Source: Candidatus Omnitrophota bacterium
Lineage (GTDB): Bacteria > Omnitrophota > Gorgyraeia > Gygaellales > Profunditerraquicolaceae
DNA: 64,000 nucleotides
Assembly: GCA_030650425.1 (NCBI GenBank)
Contig: JAUSED010000005.1
Location: forward strand, 206,932-270,931
Reading direction: 5' to 3'
Shown here: piece by piece, positions 44,144 through 54,024 of the stretch
Position numbering within the stretch: the stretch's first letter is position 1
How the letters are laid out: the number at the start of each line of letters is the position of its first letter
The notes under the pieces: model-generated
Told to the model about the DNA's origin: nothing
Seen by the model: only the letters and a program-made list of their open reading frames with translations
Databases searched by the model: none
Translations under genes and position numbers: made by a program

Positions 44144-45048
44144 ATTTGATTTTGGATTTCCAAAGCTACCTTAAGGGCTTCGCGGGCAACAGTGCCTGAT
44201 ACAAGCGGTTCTTCGCGCCTTATCACGCAGTTGATAAAAGCCTGTAATTCTTTCTGTAGGGGTTGTTCTTTTTCAATCGGCAGGTTTTCTTTTGAAATTT
44301 TCAGCAGGCCTTTACGGTAGACCCAGGCTTCGGCATTTTTGTAATCCAGAGAGATGTAGGCATTTTCCTGAAAGATACGGATTTTACGCATTGTCTCGTC
44401 GGAAATACGGCTGGCAGTGAGGTTGGCTACGCAGCCGTTCTTAAAGGTAACCCGGGCATTGGCGATATCCTCGAAATGGGTGAGCACGTTTATGCCTACG
44501 GATTCAATGCGTTCTATGGGAGAGGCGACTAGGCCTAGAATAATATCGATATCATGAATCATAATGTCTAAGACCGCTCCTACGTCCAGCGAACGGTTGG
44601 GAAAAGGAGAGAGCCGGTGGCACTCGATAAATTTTGGGTTTTTAATTAGCTTTTGCGTAGCGCTAAAGGCGGAGTTGAAACGCTCAATATGGCCTACCTG
44701 CAGGATTAGATTATTTTCTTGGGCTATTTTGATCAGGCTGTCAGCTTCTTCGAGGGTAGGGGTGAAAGGTTTCTCAACTAAGGTATGCAGATTATGTTTT
44801 AAACATTCGCTGGCGACAGCGTAATGCGATTTTGTGGGAGTGGCTATGCTTACGGCTTCAACTTTCCCGAAAAGTTCCCGGTAATCCTTGTATGCGGGAA
44901 CATTCAAGCTTTGGCTAACTGCCTCCAGATGCGCTTTATCCGTATCGCAGACAGCCTCAAGCGAGCAATTAGGGAGTTCTTTGTAGATTTTAGCATGAAT
45001 GCTTCCTAAATGCCCTACACCAATCACTCCTACCTTTAATTTATCCAT
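44122..45048 (-). CDS. Gfo/Idh/MocA oxidoreductase, GnnA-like
   Basis: GVGHLG, EKP, GHIERFN, DIMIHDID; overlaps lpxB; ATG 45048. Confidence 0.82.
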   Translation of the reverse strand: MDKLKVGVIGVGHLGSIHAKIYKELPNCSLEAVCDTDKAHLEAVSQSLNVPAYKDYRELFGKVEAVSIATPTKSHYAVASECLKHNLHTLVEKPFTPTLEEADSLIKIAQENNLILQVGHIERFNSAFSATQKLIKNPKFIECHRLSPFPNRSLDVGAVLDIMIHDIDIILGLVASPIERIESVGINVLTHFEDIANARVTFKNGCVANLTASRISDETMRKIRIFQENAYISLDYKNAEAWVYRKGLLKISKENLPIEKEQPLQKELQAFINCVIRREEPLVSGTVAREALKVALEIQNQIWQRNKS

Positions 45049-45107
45049 AAAGGAATAATAGCAAATCGACTCTTCTAATGCAACTATAATTTTAGACAAT
45101 AAAAAAG

Positions 45108-45136
45108 TTGCTTGCGTAGGGAAGGTATGCTACAAT
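45108..45136 (+). promoter_or_regulatory. Sigma70 promoter for msbA-like gene
   Basis: TTGCTT-17-TACAAT. Confidence 0.55.
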
Positions 45137-45163
45137 ACAATTCCTTTTAGACAGGAGCGAAAG

Positions 45164-46954
45164 ATGCGTGATTACTTGAAGTTACTAAAATTTATCCGGC
45201 CGTATTTAGGGAAGTTTGCGCTGGCCTCCATATGTATGGTATTCTCCGCCATATTTGACGGTGTATCTTTGGCGATGATGGTTCCTTTGGCGGATAAAGT
45301 TTTAACCAACAAAACAATCATTCTACCCGTTAAATTACCCGGTTTTCTAGCTAATTTTGTGGATAAGATCAATGCTATTACTCCGCTTGTGCTTTTGAAT
45401 TACATGGCGATAGCGATTGTATTACTTTTTGTGCTCAAAGGATTTTTTGGTTTCTGGCAGAGTTATATTATGTCTGATATCGGCCAGCGGATTGTCAGGG
45501 ATATCAAAGCCAAGCTTTACGCCAAGTTTCAGTCGCTTTCCTTGGATTATTTTACCCATAAACGCGGCGGAGAGATGATTTCGCGTATCACCAATGACGT
45601 AAAGCTGGTAGAGAACGCGGTTTCTTACGGTTCGACTGACCTTGTCTATCAGGGCGCGCAGGTAATCATATTTTTCTCCCTGACCATGTTTATTTACGCT
45701 AAATTCGTTATCTTCATTGTTCCGCCCTTGGCGATCTTAGGTTATTTGATCGCTGTGGTGGGGAAGAAACTGAGGAAATTATCCAAGACTTCGCAAGAGA
45801 AGATGGCGGATACTAACTCCATACTTTACGAAACGATCATCGGCGCCCGCATCGTCAAAGGGTTCAATATGGAGGAGTACGAAATCAAGAAATTCAATAA
45901 GGTAAACCACGATTATTATCGCGTTTCCATGAAATCCATCAAACGCCTGTTGCTTTTAAGCCCGGCTACGGAAATTTTAGGCTGTATCGCCGGGGTAATC
46001 ATATTCTTCTTAGGCGGCAGGGAGGTCATCGCCGGAAAAATTTCATTCGGCGTATTTGGCCTCTTCCTCGGCTCACTTTTATCGACGATCAGGCCGTTTA
46101 AGAAATTAAGCCAAGTGAATTCTTTGAATCAGCAGGCGGTGGCAGCCAGCGAGCGCATCTATGAAGTTTTAGAGACTGAGCCGACAGTGGTTGAATTACC
46201 TTCGGCAAGGGAATTGAGCGGATTCAAAAATAATGTTGTCTTTAGCGATGTATGGTTTAACTATGGGGATAACCCTGTGCTTAAGGGTATAAGTTTAGAT
46301 GTTCCGTATGGCTCAGTCCTAGCTATCGTCGGGCCCAGCGGCACAGGTAAGACCACGCTTTTGGATTTAATCCCGCGTTTTTACGATCCCAAACAGGGTA
46401 AGATTCTGATTGATGGGGTGGATATTAAGGAAGTTAGCTTGAAGTCGTTACGCCAACAAGTCGGTATTGTTACTCAGGAGACCATACTTTTTAATGATAC
46501 GATTAAGGCGAATATCGCTTATGGAAAGCCGGGAGCAGGCGAAGACGAAATTAAAGAAGCAGCCGAGCAAGCCAATGCCCATGATTTTATCAGTCATCTT
46601 CCTCAGGGTTATGATACGATTATCGGAGATAGAGGGATGCGTATCTCAGGAGGAGAGCGGCAGAGGATTGCCATTGCGCGCGCCCTGCTTAAAAACCCGC
46701 CTATTTTAATCCTCGATGAAGCGACTTCTCAGTTGGATTCGCAGTCCGAAAGGGTGGTTCAGGATGCCCTGGATCGGCTTATTCAGGGACGCACGGTATT
46801 TGTGATTGCCCACCGGCTCTCTACCGTGAGAAACGCGCGTAAGATAGTGGTGCTGGATAAGGGGGTTATTGCCGAAGCAGGAACGCATGACGAACTCTTA
46901 GGCCGGGAAGGCTTGTATAAAAAACTCTATTTAATGCAAGAAATCGGAAAATAG
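45164..46954 (+). CDS. msbA: MsbA-like ABC exporter
   Basis: TM domain + GPSGTGKT, ISGGERQR, LDEATS; divergent from lpxB. Confidence 0.8.
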   Translation: MRDYLKLLKFIRPYLGKFALASICMVFSAIFDGVSLAMMVPLADKVLTNKTIILPVKLPGFLANFVDKINAITPLVLLNYMAIAIVLLFVLKGFFGFWQSYIMSDIGQRIVRDIKAKLYAKFQSLSLDYFTHKRGGEMISRITNDVKLVENAVSYGSTDLVYQGAQVIIFFSLTMFIYAKFVIFIVPPLAILGYLIAVVGKKLRKLSKTSQEKMADTNSILYETIIGARIVKGFNMEEYEIKKFNKVNHDYYRVSMKSIKRLLLLSPATEILGCIAGVIIFFLGGREVIAGKISFGVFGLFLGSLLSTIRPFKKLSQVNSLNQQAVAASERIYEVLETEPTVVELPSARELSGFKNNVVFSDVWFNYGDNPVLKGISLDVPYGSVLAIVGPSGTGKTTLLDLIPRFYDPKQGKILIDGVDIKEVSLKSLRQQVGIVTQETILFNDTIKANIAYGKPGAGEDEIKEAAEQANAHDFISHLPQGYDTIIGDRGMRISGGERQRIAIARALLKNPPILILDEATSQLDSQSERVVQDALDRLIQGRTVFVIAHRLSTVRNARKIVVLDKGVIAEAGTHDELLGREGLYKKLYLMQEIGK

Positions 46955-47113
46955 TTGCATATTTGAATAAATTTGTTACAATAATTGAATTAAACTGTTG
47001 CCGGGAGCCTCTGGCCGCAGCTCATATTAACAATCATCCCGCCAAGCTATTTGATAGCAGGCGGGATCCCGCATACTATTACATAGACTGGCGGGAAAAA
47101 GGGGGAGTAAAAA
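46955..47113 (+). promoter_or_regulatory. rpsB promoter and structured 5' leader
   Basis: TTGCAT-16-TACAAT; two cccgc/gcggg hairpins before the SD. Confidence 0.5.
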
Positions 47114-48007
47114 GTGCCATCAGATTTAATTAAGCAGTTACTGGAAGCAGGGGTGCATTTTGGGCACCAGACTAAGCGTTGGAATCCGAAAATGAAGAAA
47201 TTTATCTTCGGCTCAAGAAGCGGTATTTATATCATTGACCTTGAAAAGACCGAGGAATGTATAAATAAAGCCCGGGATTTTCTGTTGGAGATCACCTCAA
47301 AAGGCGAATACGTTCTTTTCGTGGGGACCAAGAAACAGGCGCAGGAGGTTATGCTGCAGGAAGCGCAGCGATCAGGGATGTATTACGTGACTGACCGCTG
47401 GCCGGGGGGGCTTTTAACCAATTTTGCTACGATTAAGAAGAGTATCAACCGGCTAAAAGAGATCGAAAAGATGCGTATAGACGGTACATTTGAAAAGCTG
47501 ACCAAGAAAGAAGTGGCGCGCCTGGAGAAAGAGCTGGCAAAATTAAATAAGAATTTCTTGGGGATCGTTCCGATGGAGCGTATGCCTAAGGCTGTTTTTG
47601 TAGTGGATTCCAATAAAGAAGAAACAGCAGTAAAAGAGGCAAAGCGCCTAGGCATACCGGTTATCGCGCTGATTGATACTAACTCTAATCCGGATTTGGT
47701 CGATTATCCTATCCCCGGTAATGATGATGCTACTAAGTCGATTAAAGCCGTGGCCGATATTGTTACGGATACGATCATTGAAGGCAGAAAGAGGTTCCTT
47801 TCTTATATGTCTCAGGATGGGGTAAAGATCGAAACAGAAGCTAAAGCGGAAGAACCGGTATTATTGCCTGAAGAAGAGATCAAGATCAAAGAGATCGAAG
47901 AAATAGTCGAGACGACCGAACCTGTTGATGAAGAGGCTAAGGCGGTAAAAAAAGGGCATATTAAGCCGGTGGTGGATATAAAGGGAAAGGGTAAGAGAAA
48001 AGTATGA
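47114..48007 (+). CDS. rpsB: 30S ribosomal protein S2
   Basis: LLEAGVHFGH, IPGNDDA. Confidence 0.97.
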   Translation: MPSDLIKQLLEAGVHFGHQTKRWNPKMKKFIFGSRSGIYIIDLEKTEECINKARDFLLEITSKGEYVLFVGTKKQAQEVMLQEAQRSGMYYVTDRWPGGLLTNFATIKKSINRLKEIEKMRIDGTFEKLTKKEVARLEKELAKLNKNFLGIVPMERMPKAVFVVDSNKEETAVKEAKRLGIPVIALIDTNSNPDLVDYPIPGNDDATKSIKAVADIVTDTIIEGRKRFLSYMSQDGVKIETEAKAEEPVLLPEEEIKIKEIEEIVETTEPVDEEAKAVKKGHIKPVVDIKGKGKRKV

Positions 48008-48537
48008 GTAAAATGAGTATATCAGTAGAATTAATTAAAGAATTAAGGGAAATTACTTCTTCGAGTGTGGCTCATTGCAAGAAGGCGCTTGAGGAGACAA
48101 AGGGGGATATAAAGAAAGCGGCGGAGTTACTGCGTAAGCAGGGACTGGAGATTGCCGCGAAGAAACAGTCGCGAGCGGCAAAAGAAGGAAGAATAGAGGC
48201 GTATGTGCATCACGGGAATAAGGTCGGCGTATTGCTGGAAGTTGACTGCGAATCGGATTTTGTCGCTAAAAACGAAGGATTTGTCCAATTTACCAAGGAT
48301 CTGGCGATGCAGATAACCGCGACCAGCCCCCTATACATCAAGAAAGAAGATGTCCCGCCAGAAGTTGTGGAGCATGAAAAGAATAAAGAAGATTTCTACA
48401 AGAATCATTGTCTGATGGAGCAGCCGTTTGTTAAAGACCCATCGATGACGATTAAAGATTATTTGGGAAGTGTTGTGGCTAAGATCGGCGAGAATATTGT
48501 TGTGCGCAGGTTCACGCGTTATAAAGTCGGCGAATAA
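48004..48537 (+). CDS. tsf: Elongation factor Ts (short form)
   Basis: IKELRE.T, CESDFVA. Confidence 0.95.
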   Translation: MSKMSISVELIKELREITSSSVAHCKKALEETKGDIKKAAELLRKQGLEIAAKKQSRAAKEGRIEAYVHHGNKVGVLLEVDCESDFVAKNEGFVQFTKDLAMQITATSPLYIKKEDVPPEVVEHEKNKEDFYKNHCLMEQPFVKDPSMTIKDYLGSVVAKIGENIVVRRFTRYKVGE

Positions 48538-48542
48538 TACCA

Positions 48543-49262
48543 ATGGGTTCAGTTTACAAGAGAATAGTCCTTAAGTTAAGCGGCGAAGCCCTTCAGGGAA
48601 AAAAATCCCACGGAATAGACCAGTCGGTGCTCATCTCTATTTCCCGCCAAATAAAAGAAATCCGCGATCTAAAAGTGGATGTCGCCGTAGTTTTGGGCGC
48701 TGGAAATATCTTTCGCGGTAAAGAGAATACCGGCTCGCGCGGCTTGGACATGGATAGGTCTGTTGCTGATTACATGGGGATGCTGGCTACAGTGATTAAT
48801 GGCCTGGCCCTGCAGGATGCTTTAGAAAAAGCAGGGGTCCCTACCCGGGTAATGACGGCCATAGATATGGAACGTATTGCCGAGCCGTATATTAGAAGGC
48901 GAGCCATACGTCATTTGGAAAAAGGCCGGGTAGTTATATTTGTCGCCGGAACCGGGAATCCTTATTTTACTACTGATACGGCGGCAGCGCTTCGGGCGAT
49001 GGAGATAAACGCTAATGCCATACTTAAGGCTACTCAGGTAGACGGGGTTTATTCCGCCGATCCTTTGAAGGTGAAGAGCGCTAAAAAGTTTACCCAATTA
49101 AAATATATTGATGTGCTTAAAAAAGGTTTAAAGGTTATGGACGCTACCGCGATTAGCCTTTGTATGGATAATAAGCTTCCGATTGTAGTTTTTAATCTGA
49201 GCGTAAATGGGAATATTAAGCGCGTGGTATCAGGGGAAAAAATAGGGACAGTTGTTCAGTAA
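48543..49262 (+). CDS. pyrH: UMP kinase
   Basis: [15 protein letters not shown]. Confidence 0.96.
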   Translation: MGSVYKRIVLKLSGEALQGKKSHGIDQSVLISISRQIKEIRDLKVDVAVVLGAGNIFRGKENTGSRGLDMDRSVADYMGMLATVINGLALQDALEKAGVPTRVMTAIDMERIAEPYIRRRAIRHLEKGRVVIFVAGTGNPYFTTDTAAALRAMEINANAILKATQVDGVYSADPLKVKSAKKFTQLKYIDVLKKGLKVMDATAISLCMDNKLPIVVFNLSVNGNIKRVVSGEKIGTVVQ

Positions 49263-49274
49263 CCGGAGGCAGTT

Positions 49275-49835
49275 ATGACTACCAAAGAAATTTTACATAG
49301 CACCGAAGAAAAAATGAAGAAGGCCTTTGAGTCGGTGAATCGCGAATTTTTAGAAATTCGAACTGGTAGGGCCAGCCCGGCGTTAGTCGAGGGGTTGCAT
49401 ATCGATTATTACGGCACTCCCACTTTGTTGAAACAACTGGCTTCTATCTCGGCTGCCGACGCGCATTTATTAGTTATTCAGCCTTGGGATATCTCGGCGA
49501 TTGCCGAAATCGAGAAAGCGATCTTGAAATCTAATTTAGGGGTTAATCCTTCTAATGACGGTAAGCTTATCAGGTTATCTTTTCCGCAGCTATCCAAGGA
49601 GAGACGCCAGGAATTAGCCAAAGATATCCATAAAATGACGGAGAACGGCAGGATATCTTTGAGGACGATCAGGCGGGATTCCAAAGAGCATATTGAAAAG
49701 TTAGAAAAAGATAAAACGATCTCCGAAGATGATAAATTCCGCGGCGTTGATGAATTACAGAAGCTGGTGGATAGGTATATCGCCAAGGTTGACGATCTTT
49801 TAAAGAATAAAGAAAAAGAAGTATTGGAATTTTAA
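49275..49835 (+). CDS. frr: Ribosome recycling factor
   Basis: IRTGRA, YYG.PT.L, IQPWD. Confidence 0.96.
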   Translation: MTTKEILHSTEEKMKKAFESVNREFLEIRTGRASPALVEGLHIDYYGTPTLLKQLASISAADAHLLVIQPWDISAIAEIEKAILKSNLGVNPSNDGKLIRLSFPQLSKERRQELAKDIHKMTENGRISLRTIRRDSKEHIEKLEKDKTISEDDKFRGVDELQKLVDRYIAKVDDLLKNKEKEVLEF

Positions 49836-49839
49836 ATTT

Positions 49840-49912
49840 GGGCCTCTAGCTCATCCGGTAGAGCAGCGGCTTTTTAAGCCGCGTGTGCCGAGTTCGAGTC
49901 TCGGGAGGCTCA
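49840..49912 (+). tRNA. tRNA-Lys(UUU)
   Basis: Cloverleaf, anticodon arm gcggc-ttTTTaa-gccgc; no encoded CCA. Confidence 0.9.
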
Positions 49913-49944
49913 CTTAATTTTAGCAAAGCGGTAAGAGGTTATAG

Positions 49945-50026
49945 GGGCGGATGGCGGAATTGGCATACGCGATAGCCTTAGGAGCTATTGGGGCAACCCT
50001 TGGAGGTTCAAATCCTCTTCCGCCCA
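49945..50026 (+). tRNA. tRNA-Leu(UAG)
   Basis: atagc-ctTAGga-gctat, long variable arm; no encoded CCA. Confidence 0.9.
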
Positions 50027-50170
50027 TTAGAATTTTCCGACAAGGAAAATTCTAATGGCACTCAAGCGAGCGTTAAACAGCCCGACAAGGGCTGTAGCGA
50101 GCGGAGTGCCTAGCTACAATTTTCCGACACCCGGCGCTAACAGGAATTGCGCCAGTGCGCAATAGGCATT

Positions 50171-50246
50171 GCGGGAGTAGCTCAGCTGGTAGAGCGCAAC
50201 CTTGCCAAGGTTGATGTCACGGGTTCGAATCCCGCCTCCCGCTCCA
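50171..50246 (+). tRNA. tRNA-Gly(GCC)
   Basis: caacc-ttGCCaa-ggttg, ends CCA; one A-C mismatch in the T stem. Confidence 0.92.
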
Positions 50247-50279
50247 AAGTATAATCTATCAATTGAAAGGAGAATTAAT

Positions 50280-50750
50280 ATGCAGGTTATGGAATTCTTA
50301 TCTAAAAAAGCAATTCTCACCGATATAAAATCCAGTAAGAAAGAAGATGTGATCAAGGAATTGGTGGATACGTTGATTGCCGCCGGCGATATTGAAAAGC
50401 GCTGTCGCGCCAAGCTGATCGATTCGCTTATGGCTAGAGAGGCCCTTGGTTCAACCGCGATCGGCCAAGGGATAGCTATTCCTCACGCCAAGTCTGACTG
50501 CGTAGAAAAGTTAGTCGCGGCATTCGGTCTATCAAAAAAAGGCGTGGACTTTGATTCATTAGACGGCGAGTTAGCCTATATTTTCTTTCTCTTGGTCGCC
50601 CCTCAAGATTCTGCCGGCCCGCATTTAAAAGCTTTGGCGCGTATCTCCAGGCTGCTTAAAGATAAATACTTCCGCGATACTCTGCGCGGTTGTGAAGACG
50701 ACAAAGCTGTTGTTAAGATCATAGCTCAGGAAGACGAAAAGAAGATTTAA
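50280..50750 (+). CDS. ptsN: PTS EIIA (Ntr/fructose-type)
   Basis: RE..GST.IG.GIAIPH; SD before ATG 50280. Confidence 0.88.
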   Translation: MQVMEFLSKKAILTDIKSSKKEDVIKELVDTLIAAGDIEKRCRAKLIDSLMAREALGSTAIGQGIAIPHAKSDCVEKLVAAFGLSKKGVDFDSLDGELAYIFFLLVAPQDSAGPHLKALARISRLLKDKYFRDTLRGCEDDKAVVKIIAQEDEKKI

Positions 50751-50776
50751 CCAGCTTTCGCCGGAGACTTCAGTAA

Positions 50777-52018
50777 ATGGCTAGTAAGATTCATGATATG
50801 CTTAAATGGTTTTATCCCGGCATAGGGCTTAAGCGCTGGATCGGTTTAAGTATTTTCGGTGTCTTACTTTTGATTTTTGCTACCGGCCACTTGCGGGCCG
50901 ATGAGTTTCTGGGTATTCAGATACTCGATTCGATAATTCTGTTCTCCGGAATTATAATATTAATACTGGGCATCAAGCGGATGATGCGTTCTTTTGTTGC
51001 CGCCTTTGTGCCTTCCTCAAAAAGTAGCGAGCTTTTTGACATAATTTATCAGAATAAGCAATTATCACGCGGGCCCAAGGTTGTAGTTATCGGAGGCGGG
51101 ACAGGCCTCTCGGTTTTACTGAGCGGCTTAAAGCAATTTACTACTAATCTTTCGGCTATCGTTACTGTTGCTGATGACGGCGGCTCAAGCGGGAGGATAA
51201 GGAAAGAATTCGGGATGCTTCCGCCGGGAGATATCCGTAATTGCCTGGTGGCCTTAGCCGACGCTCCGGCGTTGATGCGGGATTTGTTTCAATTCCGCTT
51301 TGATACGAATTCCGAATTGTCAGGACATAGTTTTGGGAATCTTTTTATAACAGTGATGACGCAGTTGACCGGTGACTTTGAGAAAGCGATTAAAGAAACA
51401 AGCAAGGTTTTGGCGCTTAGGGGGCAGGTTATTCCGTCGACTTTAAATAAAGTGGTTTTGGTTGCCGAACATAAGGATGGCTCAACTACGGTAGGAGAGA
51501 CTAAAATCCCTCAAACACATCGTTCTATCAATCGGGTTTATCTTAATCCCGCGCAGTCGGCTGCGACGCCTGACGCGATTAAAGCAATCAAGGAAGCGCA
51601 GGTCATTGTTTTAGGCCCCGGCTCATTGTACACGAGTATCATCCCTAATCTGTTGATTCGGGAGATTACCGAAGCAGTCAGTACCTCGCAAGCGCTTAAG
51701 GTATATGTGTGTAACGCCATGACCCAGCCGGGAGAGACGGATGGTTTCAGCGCTTCAGAGCATGTTAAGACGCTTATCTTACATTCGCATCCGCGGATCC
51801 TGGATTACTGCGTCGTGAATACGGGTGAAGTGCCTCAGGGTACGCTTAAACGTTATTCCGGTCAGGGTTCATATTTAGTGATTAATGACAGGAAGAAAAT
51901 CGAAGAGATGGGTTATCGCGTGATTGAGGATGATTTCGGGATCATTGAGGACGGCGTAATCAGGCACGACGCGGACAAGTTAGCTAAGATTATATTGGGA
52001 TTGATTGAGGAAATATAA
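50777..52018 (+). CDS. yvcK: YvcK/GlmR (CofD-like) protein with N-terminal TM segments
   Basis: GGGTGL, DDGGSSG, GPGSLYTS. Confidence 0.9.
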   Translation: MASKIHDMLKWFYPGIGLKRWIGLSIFGVLLLIFATGHLRADEFLGIQILDSIILFSGIIILILGIKRMMRSFVAAFVPSSKSSELFDIIYQNKQLSRGPKVVVIGGGTGLSVLLSGLKQFTTNLSAIVTVADDGGSSGRIRKEFGMLPPGDIRNCLVALADAPALMRDLFQFRFDTNSELSGHSFGNLFITVMTQLTGDFEKAIKETSKVLALRGQVIPSTLNKVVLVAEHKDGSTTVGETKIPQTHRSINRVYLNPAQSAATPDAIKAIKEAQVIVLGPGSLYTSIIPNLLIREITEAVSTSQALKVYVCNAMTQPGETDGFSASEHVKTLILHSHPRILDYCVVNTGEVPQGTLKRYSGQGSYLVINDRKKIEEMGYRVIEDDFGIIEDGVIRHDADKLAKIILGLIEEI

Positions 52019-52027
52019 AGAAAAATT

Positions 52028-52297
52028 ATGGCTTTAGTTAAAAAAGAATTAATCGTTAAGAATAAATCAGGCTTACACGCGCGGCCGGCCGCTTTATTTG
52101 TTCAGGTGGCGAATAAGTTTGAGTCACGTATAACCGTTAAACGTGATGACGAAGAAGTAAACGGTAAGTCCATCATGGGTATACTCATGCTGGGAGCGGA
52201 AAAGGATAGTGTAATTATCATTGAAGCCGATGGAGAGGACGCGCCAGCGGCTTTGGCAGAATTAGAAAAGATTATTACTAACGAGGAAGACCGATGA
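52028..52297 (+). CDS. ptsH: HPr
   Basis: GLHARPA, KSIMG. Confidence 0.95.
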   Translation: MALVKKELIVKNKSGLHARPAALFVQVANKFESRITVKRDDEEVNGKSIMGILMLGAEKDSVIIIEADGEDAPAALAELEKIITNEEDR

Positions 52298-54024
52298 TCC
52301 AGATTAAAGGTATAGCTGCTGCCGGCGGAATTAGTATTGGCGCCGCCTACAAGATGGGTAAAGAAGAGTTTATCATCCCTAAAGTAGCGATCAGTGATTC
52401 GGATATCCCCGTCCAGATACAGCTTTTTGAGGAAGCGTTAATCCGCACGCGCAGGGAAATCATCGCACTGCAGAAGAGGATAAGCGCGGACATGGGCCAG
52501 GAAGAAGCGCAGATTTTTGACGCGCACCTTCTGGTCTTGGAAGACCGCATGCTTATCGAAGAGGTGATCTCCCGCCTTAAAAAAGATAGGCTTAATGTCG
52601 CTTTTATCTTTCAGGAAGTCCTGAAGAAGTACGTTTCTGTCTTCTCCAAGATAGAAGACGAGTACCTTAAAGAGCGCATCGCCGATATAAATGATGTAGG
52701 CAAGAGAATCTTGCGCAATATTTTAGGGAAGGAGACCAAAGGCCTTGGAGATTTAAAAGCGCGGGTAATCGTAGTCGCTCATGACCTTTCTCCTTCGGAT
52801 ACCGCGGCAATGCATAAAAGGAATGTAGCAGGGTTTGTCACGGATATCGGAGGGAAGACTTCGCATACCGCGATCATGGCTAAGTCCTTAGAGATACCGG
52901 CGGTAGTCGGTGCGGAAGAAGCCACCATTAGAATTAATCAGGGAGATATGCTGATTGTGGACGGCGCTCTCGGGATAGTCATTGTCGATCCCGATGAAGA
53001 AACCCTGGAGTCGTATCATACCGCGGAATTAAAGTTAAAGGGTGTCACTGAAAAGTTTCTTTCGGTAAAAGATCTTCCAGCGGTTACCGTTGATGGCAAT
53101 AAGATTGAGATAAATGCCAATATAGAATTTCCCGATGAGGTTCCGGCAGTGAAACTTCACGGAGGAGAAGGTATTGGCCTTTACCGCACAGAGTTCTTTT
53201 ATATGAACAGAAAAGATTTGCCTACCGAGGAGGACCATTACCAAGCCTATAAGTATGTGGCTGAAGAGATGAATCCTTACCCTGTGATCATCCGCACCTT
53301 GGATTTAGGCGGAGACAAATTCTTGTCGCAATTCCAGCTTCCGCATGAGATGCATCCTTTTTTAGGCTGGAGGGCAATCAGATTTTGCCTGGCGCGGCCG
53401 GAGATATTCAAGCTGCAATTAAGGGCTATACTGCGGGCTTCCGTGCACGGGAACTTAAAGCTTATGTATCCGATGATCTCCGGTATCGAGGAGTTGAGGC
53501 AGGCAAATAAGCTGCTGGAGGATGCAAGATCAGAGCTTAAAGCTAAGGGCATGTCTTTTGATGAAGATCTTCAGGTTGGAGCAATGATCGAAGTCCCTTC
53601 GGCGGCAATGACCGCGGATATACTAGCTCAAGAAGCGGATTTTTTCAGCATCGGGAGCAACGACTTAATCCAATATTCTTTGGCGGTTGACCGCGCCAAT
53701 GAAAAAGTAGCTTATCTCTATGAGCCGGCGCATCCGGCGGTTTTACGCCTGATTAAATATATCATTGATTCCGCGCATAAAGCCGATATTAACGTTGGTA
53801 TGTGCGGTGAAATGGCCGGAGAACCGAGTTTGGCATTAATACTTTTGGGTTTGGGCTTGGATGAATTCAGTATGCCTCCGCAGGTTATACCGGAATTAAA
53901 ATTCCTGATTCGCTCGGTCAGCTTAAAAGAAGCTAAAGGGATAGCTGAAGAGGCGCTTGGTTTTTCTACAGGGACGCAGGTAGAAGAATTCGCCCGGGCA
54001 AAGTTAAGGGAGATATTAAAATAA
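52294..54024 (+). CDS. ptsI: PTS enzyme I
   Basis: TSHTAIMA, GLYRTEF, DFFSIG.NDL.QY, CGE. Confidence 0.96.
   Translation: MIQIKGIAAAGGISIGAAYKMGKEEFIIPKVAISDSDIPVQIQLFEEALIRTRREIIALQKRISADMGQEEAQIFDAHLLVLEDRMLIEEVISRLKKDRLNVAFIFQEVLKKYVSVFSKIEDEYLKERIADINDVGKRILRNILGKETKGLGDLKARVIVVAHDLSPSDTAAMHKRNVAGFVTDIGGKTSHTAIMAKSLEIPAVVGAEEATIRINQGDMLIVDGALGIVIVDPDEETLESYHTAELKLKGVTEKFLSVKDLPAVTVDGNKIEINANIEFPDEVPAVKLHGGEGIGLYRTEFFYMNRKDLPTEEDHYQAYKYVAEEMNPYPVIIRTLDLGGDKFLSQFQLPHEMHPFLGWRAIRFCLARPEIFKLQLRAILRASVHGNLKLMYPMISGIEELRQANKLLEDARSELKAKGMSFDEDLQVGAMIEVPSAAMTADILAQEADFFSIGSNDLIQYSLAVDRANEKVAYLYEPAHPAVLRLIKYIIDSAHKADINVGMCGEMAGEPSLALILLGLGLDEFSMPPQVIPELKFLIRSVSLKEAKGIAEEALGFSTGTQVEEFARAKLREILK

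Noticed and set aside
48004-48537. Short EF-Ts as a truncation
   Set aside because: Short EF-Ts forms are established in several phyla, and both termini look intact.
49237-49255. aaaaaatagggacagt at the pyrH end resembling family A
   Set aside because: Encodes the conserved PyrH ending GEKIGT; no palindromic partner arm.
50202-50279. N-terminal extension of the EIIA ORF
   Set aside because: Overlaps tRNA-Gly; the real start is ATG 50280 with an SD.
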